Shown here: positions 1 through 11,472 of the stretch, in pieces
Position numbering within the stretch: position 1 is the stretch's first letter
Layout: every line of letters starts with the position of its first letter
NCBI GenBank assembly: GCA_963745235.1
Contig: CAVUXE010000053.1
Coordinates: 1-64,000 of the forward strand
Length of the DNA stretch: 64,000 nucleotides
Source: an uncultured Spirochaetota bacterium
Lineage (GTDB): Bacteria; Spirochaetota; Spirochaetia; SZUA-6; Fen-1364
Direction: 5' to 3'
Notes under the pieces: model-generated
What the model saw: the letters and a program-made list of their open reading frames with translations, nothing else
Told to the model about the DNA's origin: nothing
Database searches by the model: none
Program-made: the position numbers and the translations under genes

Positions 1-2177
1 TTGCGAAGGGATTTCCGATATACGAGTCGGGAATCCATCCTTCCGGCGCGAAGGTCCCGAATGAGAGACCGCACCAGCTCGGAGAGACTGCCCTCCGGCT
101 CGCCGCGAAATACCCGCGCCAGGAGCTCCTTCTGCAGCCCCTGGGCGAGCGGCGTCCAGTCGTGCCGAACGGCCTCCAATCCCACGATGTCGAGCGTGTC
201 AGGCCCGGCGCCGTCGGGGCTCGAGCGCAGTCCCGCGTACCCCTTTGCCCGTCCGCGGCCTTCACCATCCTCCTCGGAGTCGTCACCTGCTCCCGGCCCC
301 CGCATGGGCGGCAGGAAGAACTTCCTGTAGATCGCTTCGAACTCGAGCTCCAGGCGGGATTCCACTCCGTAGTCAGCGCGCACGTGATCCGCGAGGCTCT
401 GATTCACAAACCGTGCGAGCTCCGCTCCAAGCTCCGGCAGCTCCAGGCCCGACGGTGACCCGCGTTCATCAATCCGCACGAACAGGGAGTCTGTGTCCCC
501 GTAGATGACCTCCCGGCCCCGGGCTGAGACAAGGTCCCGCGTCCAATACAGGATATGCTGGCCCAGGCTCGTGATTGCGCCGGCCAGCGCAGAAGCGGCA
601 AACCGGCACCCCGGCGTGCCCAACACGCCATAGAACGAGTTCATCACGATCTTGTACGCGTACACTGCCCGCGCGTTGCCGGCCTTCTTTGCGGCGTCCC
701 TGCTTTCGAAGAATCGGTCCAGGATTCCCGGCAGGATCCCCGGCTGCCTGCGAAATGCCGCGCCGTTGGGGGCGACAATCGCCCCGGGAACCTCGCCGCG
801 GGTGACCCGAGAGAGCGGATCGATGTTGAAGGTCCTGATGATCGAAGGGTACAGGCTCTTGAAGTCGAAGGCCAGGACGTTCTCGATACAGGCCGGCCCG
901 CGGGGTGATGATCCCTCCGCCGGCGACCCGCTCGATCGAGTCCTGGTCCACGCCGAGGGTCGGGGCAACGACTCCCCGCCGATGCAGGTGCTCCATGTAG
1001 AGAAACTCGAACGCGGCCACGCTCATGGACGTCTGTTCCAGGGAGGTCCCGATCAGGAGGGACTTCTGCAGCGCGAGCTCCAGGAGCCCTTCCTTTCTCA
1101 GGATGTCGAGCACCAGCCGGGAGTCCTCCAGGCAGTACAGGCAGAGGTTGTCGGCTCCTCCCGGTACAGCCGCTCCACCGCGGCTGTGCGGGATTCCCCG
1201 GGCTTTTCGTCGATTCTCTTGCCCCTTCCCAGGACGCTCTGCGCCACCGTTTCCAGCCGGTAGTCTTCCAGCCCCATGCCGGCAAATCGAACAAGCCACA
1301 GTCCGTCGAGCACCTGGCGGCCGGGGACAATGGCCTTGCTGCGCTTCCAGCGCGTGATGCCGTCGCTGTCCTCACGGTCCAGGAAGGACGCCTGCTCATC
1401 CGACCGTCCGATGTCGAAGGGGACTCCCAGCGCTGCAAACCGCCTGTCAAGCACGCGGAGGTCGAAGTCCACGACATTCCACCCGGTGATCACGTCGGGA
1501 TCGCACTCGATGATCCTGCGCCTCAGCTCAGTGAGCATCTGTTTTTCATCAGGATAGCCTCTCACCCGCGGATCTTCGGGCTCTCCGCCGGCGGCCCCGT
1601 TGAAAAGCACCTCGCCGGTCTCCGTGCCGGAGGCCGGATCCCAGAAGGCCAGGGAGACCGCGTAGACTTTCTGCGCGCGCGCGTCTGTCTCGATGTCCAG
1701 GGAGAGGACCGACAGCGGGGGCTCGAAAACGCATGCGGCAAGAGAAGGGTTCTCGTAGATGCGCGTCACTCGGCGGCCGTCCCGTCGCTGCCCGTCGATG
1801 CAGATGGAGCCATGGGCGCCAAGGTCCATGAGGAGCTGGGTGGAGAGCTTCACGTCCGCTTCGTAGGTGCGGATCCCCGCCCGATGCAGGGAGTCCCGGA
1901 ATCTCTGAAGCGCTGCGGAGCCCGGAAGCTCGATCCGGACCAGGGGAGCACCGTCCATGGAATGCCGGGAGCTCTCCAGGATCTCGATGCCCGAGCCCTC
2001 CTGCTCCGCGAGCCGGCGAGCGCTGGCAGCGTCTTCGGCGAGCACGTGGAAGAACGGCTTCCATCGCTTCTCGACAACCGCAAATGTCTCTCCGGACTCC
2101 AGCCTCCCGAAGAGATGAATCTCTGTCTGGCCGGCCCGGGTCTGCTCCTTTGCGTGGACGATGAATCCCTTGTCCAT
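1..2177 (-). CDS. polB: DNA polymerase II (family B); frameshifted, 3' end runs off the window
   Basis: Exonuclease motifs LDIET and PDVITGWNVVDFD. Reading across frames on the minus strand gives polymerase motifs DFKSLYPS (~845-875), KIVMNSFYG (~625-655) and YGDTDS (~490-505). Confidence 0.92.
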
Positions 2178-2696
2178 CAGACGGGCGGATTCTCGATGTA
2201 GCCCAGGACCGCGTCGAGGTTGTCTGCCGTGTCCCCGTCCGTGTCTACCCTGAGGAGGGGCAGCTCGGTGGGCTCGAAGCGATCACGGACGCGATAGTAG
2301 AGGTCAGCGCCTCTGTCCGCGGCGGGGTGGTCTCCCTGGTCCGCGGCAATTCGGGCAAGAGCGGTCTGCTCCGAGCAGATGCACTCGATGATCCGGACCC
2401 CTCTGCGGTGAGAGGCCGCTGTCCTTGCGAACTCTTCCAGGCGGCGCGCAGAAGACAGGGCCATGCCGTCTATGACTGCTGATTTGCCGCGGCTCAGGAG
2501 GTAGCCCGCCATGACCACCATGAGGTCATCCACGAGGCTCTTTTCCTCATCAGTGAATGCGGGGCGGGTGAAAATGCCGGTCCTCAGGGTGTCCCTGCTC
2601 AGGACGAGCAGATCCGGACGCCGCTCCAGGAGTCGCCGCGCGAGATGGGTCTTTCCCGGTCCCTGGAAGCCCCCTGAAGATGACGAGCACCCTCAC
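2177..2696 (-). CDS. AAA_33-type P-loop kinase (frameshift near 2650)
   Basis: N-terminus VLVIFRGLPGTG(K)T read by hand, continuing into ORF 2177..2533 (AVIDG...ARIAAD). AGGAG lies at the 5' end. Confidence 0.75.
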
Positions 2697-2763
2697 TCCT
2701 CGAGAATGTACTACATGCTCCAATCCGCCGTGTCAACCCGGCGCGATCGGGAGCTCACTCAAG

Positions 2764-4139
2764 TCAGTACTGCTTGGGGATCTCCGGCGGGCCCGGCTTT
2801 TCCATGCTCATCAGGAGCCCGCCGCCCTTGAACAGCGTCACGCTCCCGGTGGACTGCGAAACCACGACAGCAAGGCTGGAGGTGAATGCGCTGAGCGCGG
2901 CGGCCGCCGCGTGGCGCGCGCCCAGGCCGGAAGGGAGGTTGACCGCGCTCTTTTCGGGACGCAGGAATGTGCCGGCGGACATGATGACGCCATCACCGCG
3001 GATGATGAACGCCCCGTCAATGGTGGAGAACTCCTTGATGGTCTCCTCCAGGCTCGGGTCGAGGATGTTCTTCTCCTCCTCCCGGTACCCATGGAAAGGA
3101 TTGATCACCATCTGCCGGCAGTATTGCAGGACGCGAGGGTAGTCCCCGATCACGAACGCGGTGCCCACCGGGCCTGCCTTCGCGCCCTTCCCGGGAGATG
3201 TCGGTGGCAATCTGCAGCACCTTTTCCAGCACCTGCGGCTCGACATCGCCCAAAGGGGTTTCCGAGGGCCGGGAAAGCATGGTGGGGAACTCATGCCCGA
3301 GGTCGATGACCAGGAGCGTGTCCAGCGCGCCGGAGTTCGGAACCCCGGAGAGGCTTATCACCAGGTCTCCCCGTGCCAGGAGGCCGCGGGACACCGCGAA
3401 CAGCAGGGCAAGCTCCACCTGGTCCGACCTGTCCAGCGTGGGAAACGGGACCTGGAGCACGTGGGAGACCTCTACATTGTCCAGGGCGAACTCGGTCTTG
3501 GTGGAGGTGACGAGGATCAGCTCGACGCTGGATGGGATGTCCTCGATGAAGCGCAGATTGCCCACCGCGTCTCCGTGGAGCAGGAGCGCCCTGGCCTTGA
3601 CCTCTTCAGCAACGGACAGGGCGTGGGCAAAAAGCAGGCGGGAAAGCCGCAGCTTGGCGGAGGAAGCGGGCTTGCCGGCCTCTTCCACGTGCCCGTGCGA
3701 GATGAGAAGCCGGCAAGTCTTCCGGCGTCCGCGCGGTGAGGATGAGCTGCGTGAGGGCGCGGTCCCGCAGCGTGCGCGCAATCTCGGCCAGCAGCATGAC
3801 GTGCTGGTCGGGGTCGTTTTCCCCGCTCACGATCAGGAATATCAGGTTGACTGGATTGCCGTCGCTGGAATCCCACGACACGCCCTTGCGGCTCCTGCCC
3901 ACCGCAAGCGCAATGCCGTCCCAATCCGGCAGGCGCGCGTGCGGGATGGCGATCCCCGGGGCGATCCAGGAGCTCACCATCTTCTCCCGTTGCAGGACGG
4001 CGCGGTTGACCACGTCCACGTCGACGCTCCCGATGGATGCCGCAAGGACGGCCGCCAATTCACGGATTGCGCCGTCTTTTGCATGGCTGCGCAGGGTCCG
4101 TATGAGGTCGGGCGCGAGGTACCGTGAGAGCAGCGGCAT
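2764..4139 (-). CDS. PTS EIIA domain + DacZ-like middle domain + diadenylate cyclase (DAC) fusion; two frameshifts
   Basis: EIIA motif GIAIPHAR (ORF 3606..4157), middle domain in ORF 3017..3781, and DAC motifs IDGAFII and GLGARHAAA (ORF 2764..3294). Confidence 0.82.
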
Positions 4140-4268
4140 GTCAGCTTCCGCTCCCAAGTATAGTCGGAACCAACACGCTTTGCCATTGAGACGCGCGTCG
4201 TGAGCACGGCGGGCGATGCGTTGAAGAAGGGGCCGGATTAAGTATTATATAAGGAAGGAGCAGCACAC

Positions 4269-4592
4269 ATGTCCGCCTCTCGAGATCCCTCCGGCGTCCT
4301 CCAGGAGGATGTCGGTGTACAGCAGAAGCCTCGTCTCCAGGAGCCGAAGCTGTATCGCGTGCTCCTGCACAACGACAACTACACGACCATGGATTTCGTC
4401 GTGAAGGTCATCGTCGCGGTTTTCCACAAGCCGGCGGCAGAGGCGACGAAGATCATGCTGGACGTGCACCAGAAAGGGCACGGAGTGGTGGGCGTCTACA
4501 CCTACGATATCGCCGTGACCAAGGTGTCCCAGGTGCACGAGATGGCCCGCCAGAGCGAGTTCCCCCTCCGCGCGAGCTGCGAAGAGGCATGG
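4269..4592 (+). CDS. clpS: ATP-dependent Clp protease adaptor ClpS
   Basis: YRVLLHNDNYTTMDFVV...FPLRASCEEA. The expected stop is read as TGG. Confidence 0.93.
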
Positions 4593-6879
4593 ATGGAGAT
4601 TTCCGCAGAGCTGAACCATATCATCCTGGCCGCCTACAGGGAGGCAGAGTCCCGGCGGCACGAGTATCTCACCCCGGAGCATGTCCTGTATGCGTCCCTC
4701 TTCTTCGATCGAGGCAAGGGAGATCATCATTTCCTGCGGAGGGAACGTGGATTCTCTTGCCAAGGACCTGGAGGAGTACTTCCGGACGCGGGTCCCCGTG
4801 GTGGACGACTCGAAGCCCATTCAATCCGCGGGGTTCCAGTCCATCATGGAGAACGCCATCCTGCACAGCGCCTCCTCGGAAAAGGAATCGGTGGAGATCG
4901 ACGAGATTCTCGTCTCCATGCTGGAGGAGAAGGAATCCTATGCGGCCCATTTCCTTGCCAGCCAGGGAATCGATCGCCTTGCACTCCTCACCTACATCTC
5001 CCACGGCGTGACCGTCTTTCCGGACGCTGACGCAGCGGCGGACGAGGAAGAAGAAGAGGGGGAGGAAAGCCCCGCGGAGAAGGCAGAGACCCGTGAGGAG
5101 AGGAGGGCCGCGCGCGCTCTCGCGGCTTACACCGTCGACCTCACGGAAAAAGCCCGGTCCGGGGGCATTGACCCGCTCATCGGCAGGGAGGAGATCCTCC
5201 AGCGCACCATCCAGGTGCTCTGCCGCAGGCTGAAGAACAACCCCATCCACGTGGGAGAACCGGGCGTCGGGAAGACCGCCATCACCGAAGGCCTGGCCCA
5301 GATGATCGTGGAGGGGAAGGTGCCGCGGGCGCTGCGGGACTCCCGCATCTTTGCCCTGGACATGGGGGCCCTTCTTGCCGGCACCAAGTTCCGCGGGGAT
5401 TTCGAGGAGCGGCTGAAGAGGGTGATCAAGGAGCTGGAAAGGCAGGATCACGCCATCCTCTTCATCGATGAGATCCACACGGTCGTCGGCGCGGGCTCGG
5501 TATCCGGCGGTTCCATGGATGCCTCCAACATCCTCAAGCCGGTCCTCACCTCGGGGAAGCTGCGCTGCATCGGCTCCACCACCTACGAGGACTACAGGAA
5601 GTTCTTCGACAAGGACCGGGCCCTCTCGCGCCGGTTCCAGAAGATCGAGGTGCCGGAGCCCACCGTGGCGCAGACGGAGCTGATCCTCCGCGGCTTGCGG
5701 GAGAAGTACGAGAGCTACCACGAAGTCCGTTACGAGGAGGAGGCGCTGAAGGCGGCCGCCGAGCTCTCCGCGAAGTTCATCAACGACCGCCACCTTCCGG
5801 ACAAGGCCATCGACGTGCTGGACGAGGCGGGCGCCTGGGTTCGCATCTATGGTGGAAACGATGAAGACGCGGGGCCGCGGCCGGTGAGCACCCGGGTGAT
5901 CGAGGAGGTGGTGGCGCGGATCGCGCGGATCCCGGCCGCCAGCGTCTCCAGCCGGGAGCGCGAGCGCTTGAAGGACCTGGACGCGCGGCTGAAGTCGCAG
6001 ATCTTCGGCCAGGACCACGCCGTGGAGCTCGTGGTGCGCGCAATCCGCAAGTCGCGCGCGGGCTTCGGCGAGCGGGACAAGCCTGTCGCCTCGCTGCTGT
6101 TCGTCGGCCCGACGGGCGTGGGCAAGACGGAGCTTGCGCGGCAGCTTGCGGAAATCCTTGGCGTGAGCCTGCTCCGGTTCGACATGAGCGAGTACCAGGA
6201 GAAGCACACCGTCTCCCGGCTCATCGGCGCGCCCCCGGGCTACGTCGGCTACGATGACGGGGGTCTGCTGACGGACGCCATCCGCAAGAACCCCCACGCG
6301 GTGCTGCTCCTGGATGAGATCGAAAAGGCGCACCAGGACATCTACAACATGCTCCTGCAGATCATGGATTACGCCACCCTCACGGACAACAACGGCAAGA
6401 AGGCGGATTTCCGCAACGTGGTGCTCATCATGACCTCGAACGCGGGCGCCCGGGAGATCGGCAAGCCTCTTGTGGGCTTTGGCGAGAGGATGGTTCGCGA
6501 GGATGCCCTGTTCGATGCAGTCGAGCGGATCTTTGCCCCCGAGTTCAGAAACCGCCTGGATGCCGTGGTGAAGTTCAACAACCTGGACCACGCCATCGTG
6601 CTTCAGATCGTCGGCAAGGCCATCCGCCAGTTCCAGGCAGAGCTTGCCGTGAAGAATGTCACGCTGGAAGTAACGCCCGACTGCATGGACTGGCTTGCCA
6701 GGAAGGGGTACTCGGAGGAGTTCGGCGCCCGGGAGATCGCCCGGCTGGTATCGTCCAGGATCAAGGACTTCTTCGTGGACGAAGTGCTCTTCGGCCGCCT
6801 GGCCGGAGGCGGACACGCCCGGGCCGACGCGCAGGGGGACGAGGCAGTCATTTCAGTCGTCAAGAGCGGAGCTTCCTGA
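4593..6879 (+). CDS. clpA: ATP-dependent Clp protease ATP-binding subunit ClpA (frameshift near 4710)
   Basis: N-domain RHEYLTPEH, two Walker A motifs ([16 protein letters not shown]), [11 protein letters not shown], and position after clpS. Confidence 0.95.
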
Positions 6880-6925
6880 CGACGACCCTCGCCTGTCCGA
6901 CCACCCCTCCCGTGGGTCAGCGCAG

Positions 6926-7600
6926 TCAGAAGCTTGCGGGGAGCTGCGTTGCAGCGGCCAGGCGGCGCAGGTATTCCTCTCGGGGGATTTCCACGGCGCC
7001 CAGGGACTGCAGATGCGGCGTCATGAGCTGCACGTCGAAGAGGGCGAACCCCGAAGCGGCAAGCCTTTCAACCATAGACACGAGGGCCACCTTGGAAGCG
7101 TCTCGCGCCACTGAAAACATCGACTCCCCGGCGAAAAAGCCGCCCACGGATACACCGTAGAGCCCGCCCGCCAGGCTTTCGCCGAGCCACACCTCCACCG
7201 AATGGGCGTGCCCGAGCTCGTGCAGCCTGCAGTACGCCGCGATGAATTGCGGGCTGATCCACGTTTCTTCACGGTGCGGTCGCGGCGCTGCGCAGCCTTC
7301 CATGACAGCCCGGAAATCCCGGTCGAACGTAGTTCGAAAGACGCCGCGGCGCATCAGCCTGCCGAGGCTGCGCGACACGTGAACGCCGTCAAGCGGGATG
7401 ACCGCCCTCGGGTCCGGTGACCACCAGGTCACCGGGTGTGTGGTCCAGGGGAAGATTCCATTGCGGTATGCCAGGAGGAGAGTGCCGGGTGAGAGGTCTC
7501 CCCCCACGGCGAGGAACCCGTCGGCGTCCGCGTTGCCGGCATGGGGGAAGCGGAACCTGGAGGTGAGCTCCTTTTCAGAGCCCGGCTTTCCTGAGGGCAT
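6926..7600 (-). CDS. aat: Leucyl/phenylalanyl-tRNA--protein transferase
   Basis: LAVGGDL, AYRNGIFPW, WWSPDPR, GESMFS, DASKVAL; adjacent to clpSA. Confidence 0.95.
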   Translation of the reverse strand: MPSGKPGSEKELTSRFRFPHAGNADADGFLAVGGDLSPGTLLLAYRNGIFPWTTHPVTWWSPDPRAVIPLDGVHVSRSLGRLMRRGVFRTTFDRDFRAVMEGCAAPRPHREETWISPQFIAAYCRLHELGHAHSVEVWLGESLAGGLYGVSVGGFFAGESMFSVARDASKVALVSMVERLAASGFALFDVQLMTPHLQSLGAVEIPREEYLRRLAAATQLPASF

Positions 7601-8378
7601 CCTCGGGGCTTGCACCGTCGTGGACCACGGCCTTGAATGCCTTCACGGACGCGGTGACGTTCTCGAATCCCCAGACGTTGCGTCCGATGACCGCGCCGTA
7701 CGCGCCGCTTTTCACGACGTCAGCGACCATGGCCAGCGCGCTCCGCAGGTCCTCCGCCTTGGGGCCGCCGGCCGCGACCACGCGGACAGGGCTCTCAGAG
7801 ACGATCTGCGCATAGGCGGCCACGTCGCCGCAGTACGGGACCTTGATGACGTCCACACCCAGCTCCGCGGCGCAGCGGACTGCCCATGCAATGTCCTCCG
7901 GGGCGAAGGAGATGCGGGGCTTTCCGTCCGAGAGGATGCGCGGGTAGACGTGGCACACGACGGGCATCTCGTAGCGGGCCGCCTGGCGAACGCAGTCGGC
8001 AACCTTCTGGAGGTGACGGAACTCCGTGGCCCCCCTCACGAAGCAGACCACGGCGAATGCATCCGCACCCATGACGACCGCGTCTTGCGGTGTCACGGAC
8101 TGGGCCATCTCGCTTTCATCAACGCGCAGGAGCGAGCTCTGCAGGATCAGGGGGATGGACCCCGCATAGTCCTGCCACACTGACCGTGCCCACCCGATGT
8201 GCATGGTCACGGCGTCCGGCCTTCCTTTGGCAACCGCTTTCAGCGTGCCGGGCACATCACGAAGTCCCTCGGGCATTCCCTCCTGGTACGTGATGAAGTG
8301 GTCGATTGCCACGGAGCACAAGCGCCCCGACGAATGAGAGAAGAGCCTGTTGAGTCGCACGAGCTTCCCGGTGTTCAT
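7575..8378 (-). CDS. Class I aldolase, DhnA/FbaB/LsrF family
   Basis: VAIDH, AELGVDVIKVPY, VVAAGGPK, GAVIGRNVW. Confidence 0.88.
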   Translation of the reverse strand: MNTGKLVRLNRLFSHSSGRLCSVAIDHFITYQEGMPEGLRDVPGTLKAVAKGRPDAVTMHIGWARSVWQDYAGSIPLILQSSLLRVDESEMAQSVTPQDAVVMGADAFAVVCFVRGATEFRHLQKVADCVRQAARYEMPVVCHVYPRILSDGKPRISFAPEDIAWAVRCAAELGVDVIKVPYCGDVAAYAQIVSESPVRVVAAGGPKAEDLRSALAMVADVVKSGAYGAVIGRNVWGFENVTASVKAFKAVVHDGASPEDALRKAGL

Positions 8379-8468
8379 GATCGGGACAAATCATAGAAGT
8401 AAACGGCGGTTATGTACAGCACCGGAGGCGCCGTCGAGAACTGGAACCAGGCCGGCACGGGGGCTATA

Positions 8469-9426
8469 ATGTCTTGGAAGGCAATGAGAGACCAAATTCT
8501 CGGGAAGAATGGCTTGGGGGCGATGGCAGCGCTCCTTCTGGTCATCGCCGGACTCGTCTCAGGGTGCCAGCTCGGCGGCGGTCTCCCGCCCGCCGTTTCC
8601 TACACCAACCCCGCGGGCGGAACAGCGACCTTCCCCCTCGCGGGGCCCATAACGGCAGTTTTTACCAGGCCAATGGACAGCTCTTCGATCACGACAGCCT
8701 CGTTCCTGGTGTACAACGGCTCCGCACCGGTCACTGGCACCGTGACGTACTCCGGAAACACTGCCGCTTTCCAGCCGGCGAGTACCCTCCCTGCCCGGCG
8801 CTGCCATCACCGCCATCATTACCGCCGCGGCCAAGGACACCTCCGGCAGCCCCATGGCCGCGAATTACACGTGGACCTTCACAACGGGGCTGACAGTTGT
8901 GCCACAGCTGCTGTTCTATACGGCCACTTTCATTCCGGCCCCCTTCTCCCGCTATGGGGGACCCGTAACCTTCACAAGCGGCGGCAACACCCTGTCGCAG
9001 ACCGTCAACCCGGACGGCACCATTACCCTGGCGATTACAGCCTCCCCGGGCTCCGAGGACAACGGCTTCTATTTCAAGGTCGGGACGCTGTCATCGCTCA
9101 ACTCTCTGGCGGCGACCCTTGGCGCGGGGTCCGGGACGGTTTCGGTGAACCTCTGGCTGGACATCAACAATGATGGAGATTTCTTTGCCTGGAACGGGAA
9201 TGCAATTTCCGGCCTCGGGGGTGACCAGTCCCTGGTCGGTCCCGCATCTTCGGGGACCTCGCTCGTCGTCAGCTCGACCTCCACATTCAGCGGCTATACC
9301 CTGGCGCAGTTGAAAGGGGGGAGCCTTGCAGGCGTGAACGGCAATACAGGTGCCGCCATCTGGATCGGAGTTGCTGTCACCTCGGGCAGCCTGACCGCCA
9401 CAATCACGGGAATCCAGCAACAATGA
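8469..9426 (+). CDS. Lipoprotein with SbsA/Big_5-like Ig domain (frameshift near 8800)
   Basis: Lipobox LVSGC; ITAVFTRPMDSSSI...YTWTFTT Ig-like pattern; Thr/Gly/Ser-rich. Confidence 0.7.
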
Positions 9427-9854
9427 AGAGGCGACACGTTTTCCTGCTGATTGTTCTTTTCGCGTCCCTGGCTTTCATCTTCGACACATGCAACCTCCTG
9501 AATACCGACATCATGGACCGGATCAACATGTTCGCGAGCGGCCTGAACAACTCGGACAGGTCCGGCATCAATGCGAACTTCGATTCTGCCCTGACGCAGA
9601 ACCTGGCCGCCATGAACGCCGCCTGGTGGGCGGGGAACTTCCCGGTTCCGCCGGATGCCAATCATCTCTATTCCATCTCCCTCATCGACTATTCGAACCC
9701 TGCCAACGTGATTGCCACGATCACCGGGCCCCCTGCCTTCAACGGCGCCACCGGGCTTGCCGTGAATGCTGTTTTCGTCATGAGCAAGGAAGGGCAGGAC
9801 TGGTTCATAGAGAAGCTCTTCCTCAACGGGAGCGCCTCGCCCCTCATCTATTGA
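9423..9854 (+). CDS. Hypothetical lipoprotein
   Basis: Basic N-terminus, hydrophobic stretch, then Cys (FDTC). Its start overlaps the upstream stop (ATGA). Confidence 0.65.
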   Translation: MKRRHVFLLIVLFASLAFIFDTCNLLNTDIMDRINMFASGLNNSDRSGINANFDSALTQNLAAMNAAWWAGNFPVPPDANHLYSISLIDYSNPANVIATITGPPAFNGATGLAVNAVFVMSKEGQDWFIEKLFLNGSASPLIY

Positions 9855-9897
9855 CCGCCCCTTGCCCTATCGGTCCCCGCGGACTACGGTAGCGCCC

Positions 9898-10815
9898 ATG
9901 AAAGGCAGGCCGGCGGTTCTTGCAAACGATTCCCTTCTCCTCCTTACCTCCCTGATCTGGGGCGTGGCGTTCGTCGCCCAGCGCGTCGGGATGGACCACG
10001 TGGGGCCTTTCACCTACAACGCGGCGCGCTTTGCCCTCGGGGCCGTGTCCCTCCTGCCCGTGCTTGCCTTTCGCAGACGTTCAGGCTCGCCCCCGGTTTC
10101 GCGCACCGCGTCAGCGGTATCTCCCGTGCCGGCGGGGATCCTTGCCGGTGCCATCCTTTTCTGCGGCGCTTCACTGCAGCAGATCGGCCTCGTCTCCACG
10201 ACGGCCGGCAAGGCAGGCTTCATCACCGGCCTGTACGTGGTGCTTGTGCCGCTGGCGGGCCTGCTCTGGGGCCAGCGGGCGGGGTGGAGCGCCTGGGCGG
10301 GCGCCCTTGCCTGTGTGGCCGGCCTTTTCGTGCTGAGCTTCAGTGAGAGCCTCGGAATAGAGCGCGGTGATCTCCTGGTGCTCCTGGGGGCTTTCTTCTG
10401 GGCGGGGCACGTTCAGCTCCTTGGCTGGCTTTCTCCCCGGACAAATCCCGTGCAGCTTGCGTGCATCCAGTTCGCCGCGTGCGCCCTCCTCAGCGCCGGG
10501 ACGGCGCTTGCGGTGGAGCGGCCAACCACGCAGGGCATCATGGAAGCCGCCGGACCCAATCTCTACGGAGGGCTCCTGTCAGTCGGGGTTGCGTATACCC
10601 TGCAGGTGGTGGCGCAGCGCAGATCAAAACCGGCGCACGCCGCCATCCTGCTTTCAATGGAAAGTGTGTTTGCAGCCGTCGGGGGAAGCATTTTCCTGGG
10701 CGAGCGCCTGGGGCCGCGCGGCTCGGCGGGCTGCGCGCTGATATTTGCCGGGATGATGATCGCGCAGTTGCCCGTCCTCCTTCACGGCCAGGCGCAGGGC
10801 GGGCCAGCGACGTGA
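9898..10815 (+). CDS. DMT/EamA family transporter
   Basis: IWGVAFVAQ, AGKAGFITGLY, GVAYTLQ, ESVFAA; about 10 TM helices. Confidence 0.92.
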   Translation: MKGRPAVLANDSLLLLTSLIWGVAFVAQRVGMDHVGPFTYNAARFALGAVSLLPVLAFRRRSGSPPVSRTASAVSPVPAGILAGAILFCGASLQQIGLVSTTAGKAGFITGLYVVLVPLAGLLWGQRAGWSAWAGALACVAGLFVLSFSESLGIERGDLLVLLGAFFWAGHVQLLGWLSPRTNPVQLACIQFAACALLSAGTALAVERPTTQGIMEAAGPNLYGGLLSVGVAYTLQVVAQRRSKPAHAAILLSMESVFAAVGGSIFLGERLGPRGSAGCALIFAGMMIAQLPVLLHGQAQGGPAT

Positions 10816-11420
10816 AGGGCGAGGTCCTGGACAAGGCTGCTGAAGTTCTGAGAGGGCTCCCGGGAGTGCGTGCCGTTTCTACCCTGGACCAGGCGCAGAA
10901 GCAAAAGGTCGTGGACCTCGAGTCGCACCACGAAAGGCAGCTTTCGCTTCCGGTCAGGAACCTGGGGGTCAGCCTCCTGGCGGCCCGTGAGGCGTGCTTC
11001 GTGGTGCTGAAAACAGGAAGCTTCCGTCCCCCGTCGGCCCCGAGCGTCTACCTCGTGGAGGAGGGTGGGTCACCGGCGGGCAACCACGCGCTCACGGTGG
11101 CAGGAAAGGGATACACGATCGTCGGGGAAGAGATGACGGGGGGCGGCGTGGGCAGGTATACTGAGCCCGTCATCCCCCTGGATGAGTCTTTCGTCATTTT
11201 CCCGCAGAGGAGGAGCGGCCCCCAGGTCCCCTGCTTTTTCCTCCTGCCGCCGTTGCCCTTCCCGGAGCTCGAAAGAGTGAAGGACCATCTGGGCATCAGG
11301 GAGATTCTTTCCATCAGCCCATCCCTGGTCTCGGACGGCTATCTGCGTCAGATCTGCGGATTTCCGCCGTCGAACAGCTTTGCCACCCTGCTGGTGGGCT
11401 TTGATCTGCATTCTCCCTGA
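10812..11420 (+). CDS. Hypothetical protein
   Basis: GTG start overlapping the EamA stop (GTGA); protein-like composition; no recognised motif. Confidence 0.6.
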   Translation: MKGEVLDKAAEVLRGLPGVRAVSTLDQAQKQKVVDLESHHERQLSLPVRNLGVSLLAAREACFVVLKTGSFRPPSAPSVYLVEEGGSPAGNHALTVAGKGYTIVGEEMTGGGVGRYTEPVIPLDESFVIFPQRRSGPQVPCFFLLPPLPFPELERVKDHLGIREILSISPSLVSDGYLRQICGFPPSNSFATLLVGFDLHSP

Positions 11421-11472
11421 TTCGCCCGCTCCTTGATGAAACTCCGGCTTCGAGGTATTTTCCTGACAAGCG

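Noticed and set aside
4269-4720. Apparent in-frame ClpS-ClpA fusion (…EEA-W-MEIS…)
   Set aside because: GCATGGATG is one base away from the usual TGATG stop/start overlap, and the window is full of single-base indels, so it is most likely a sequencing error. Raw reads would decide.
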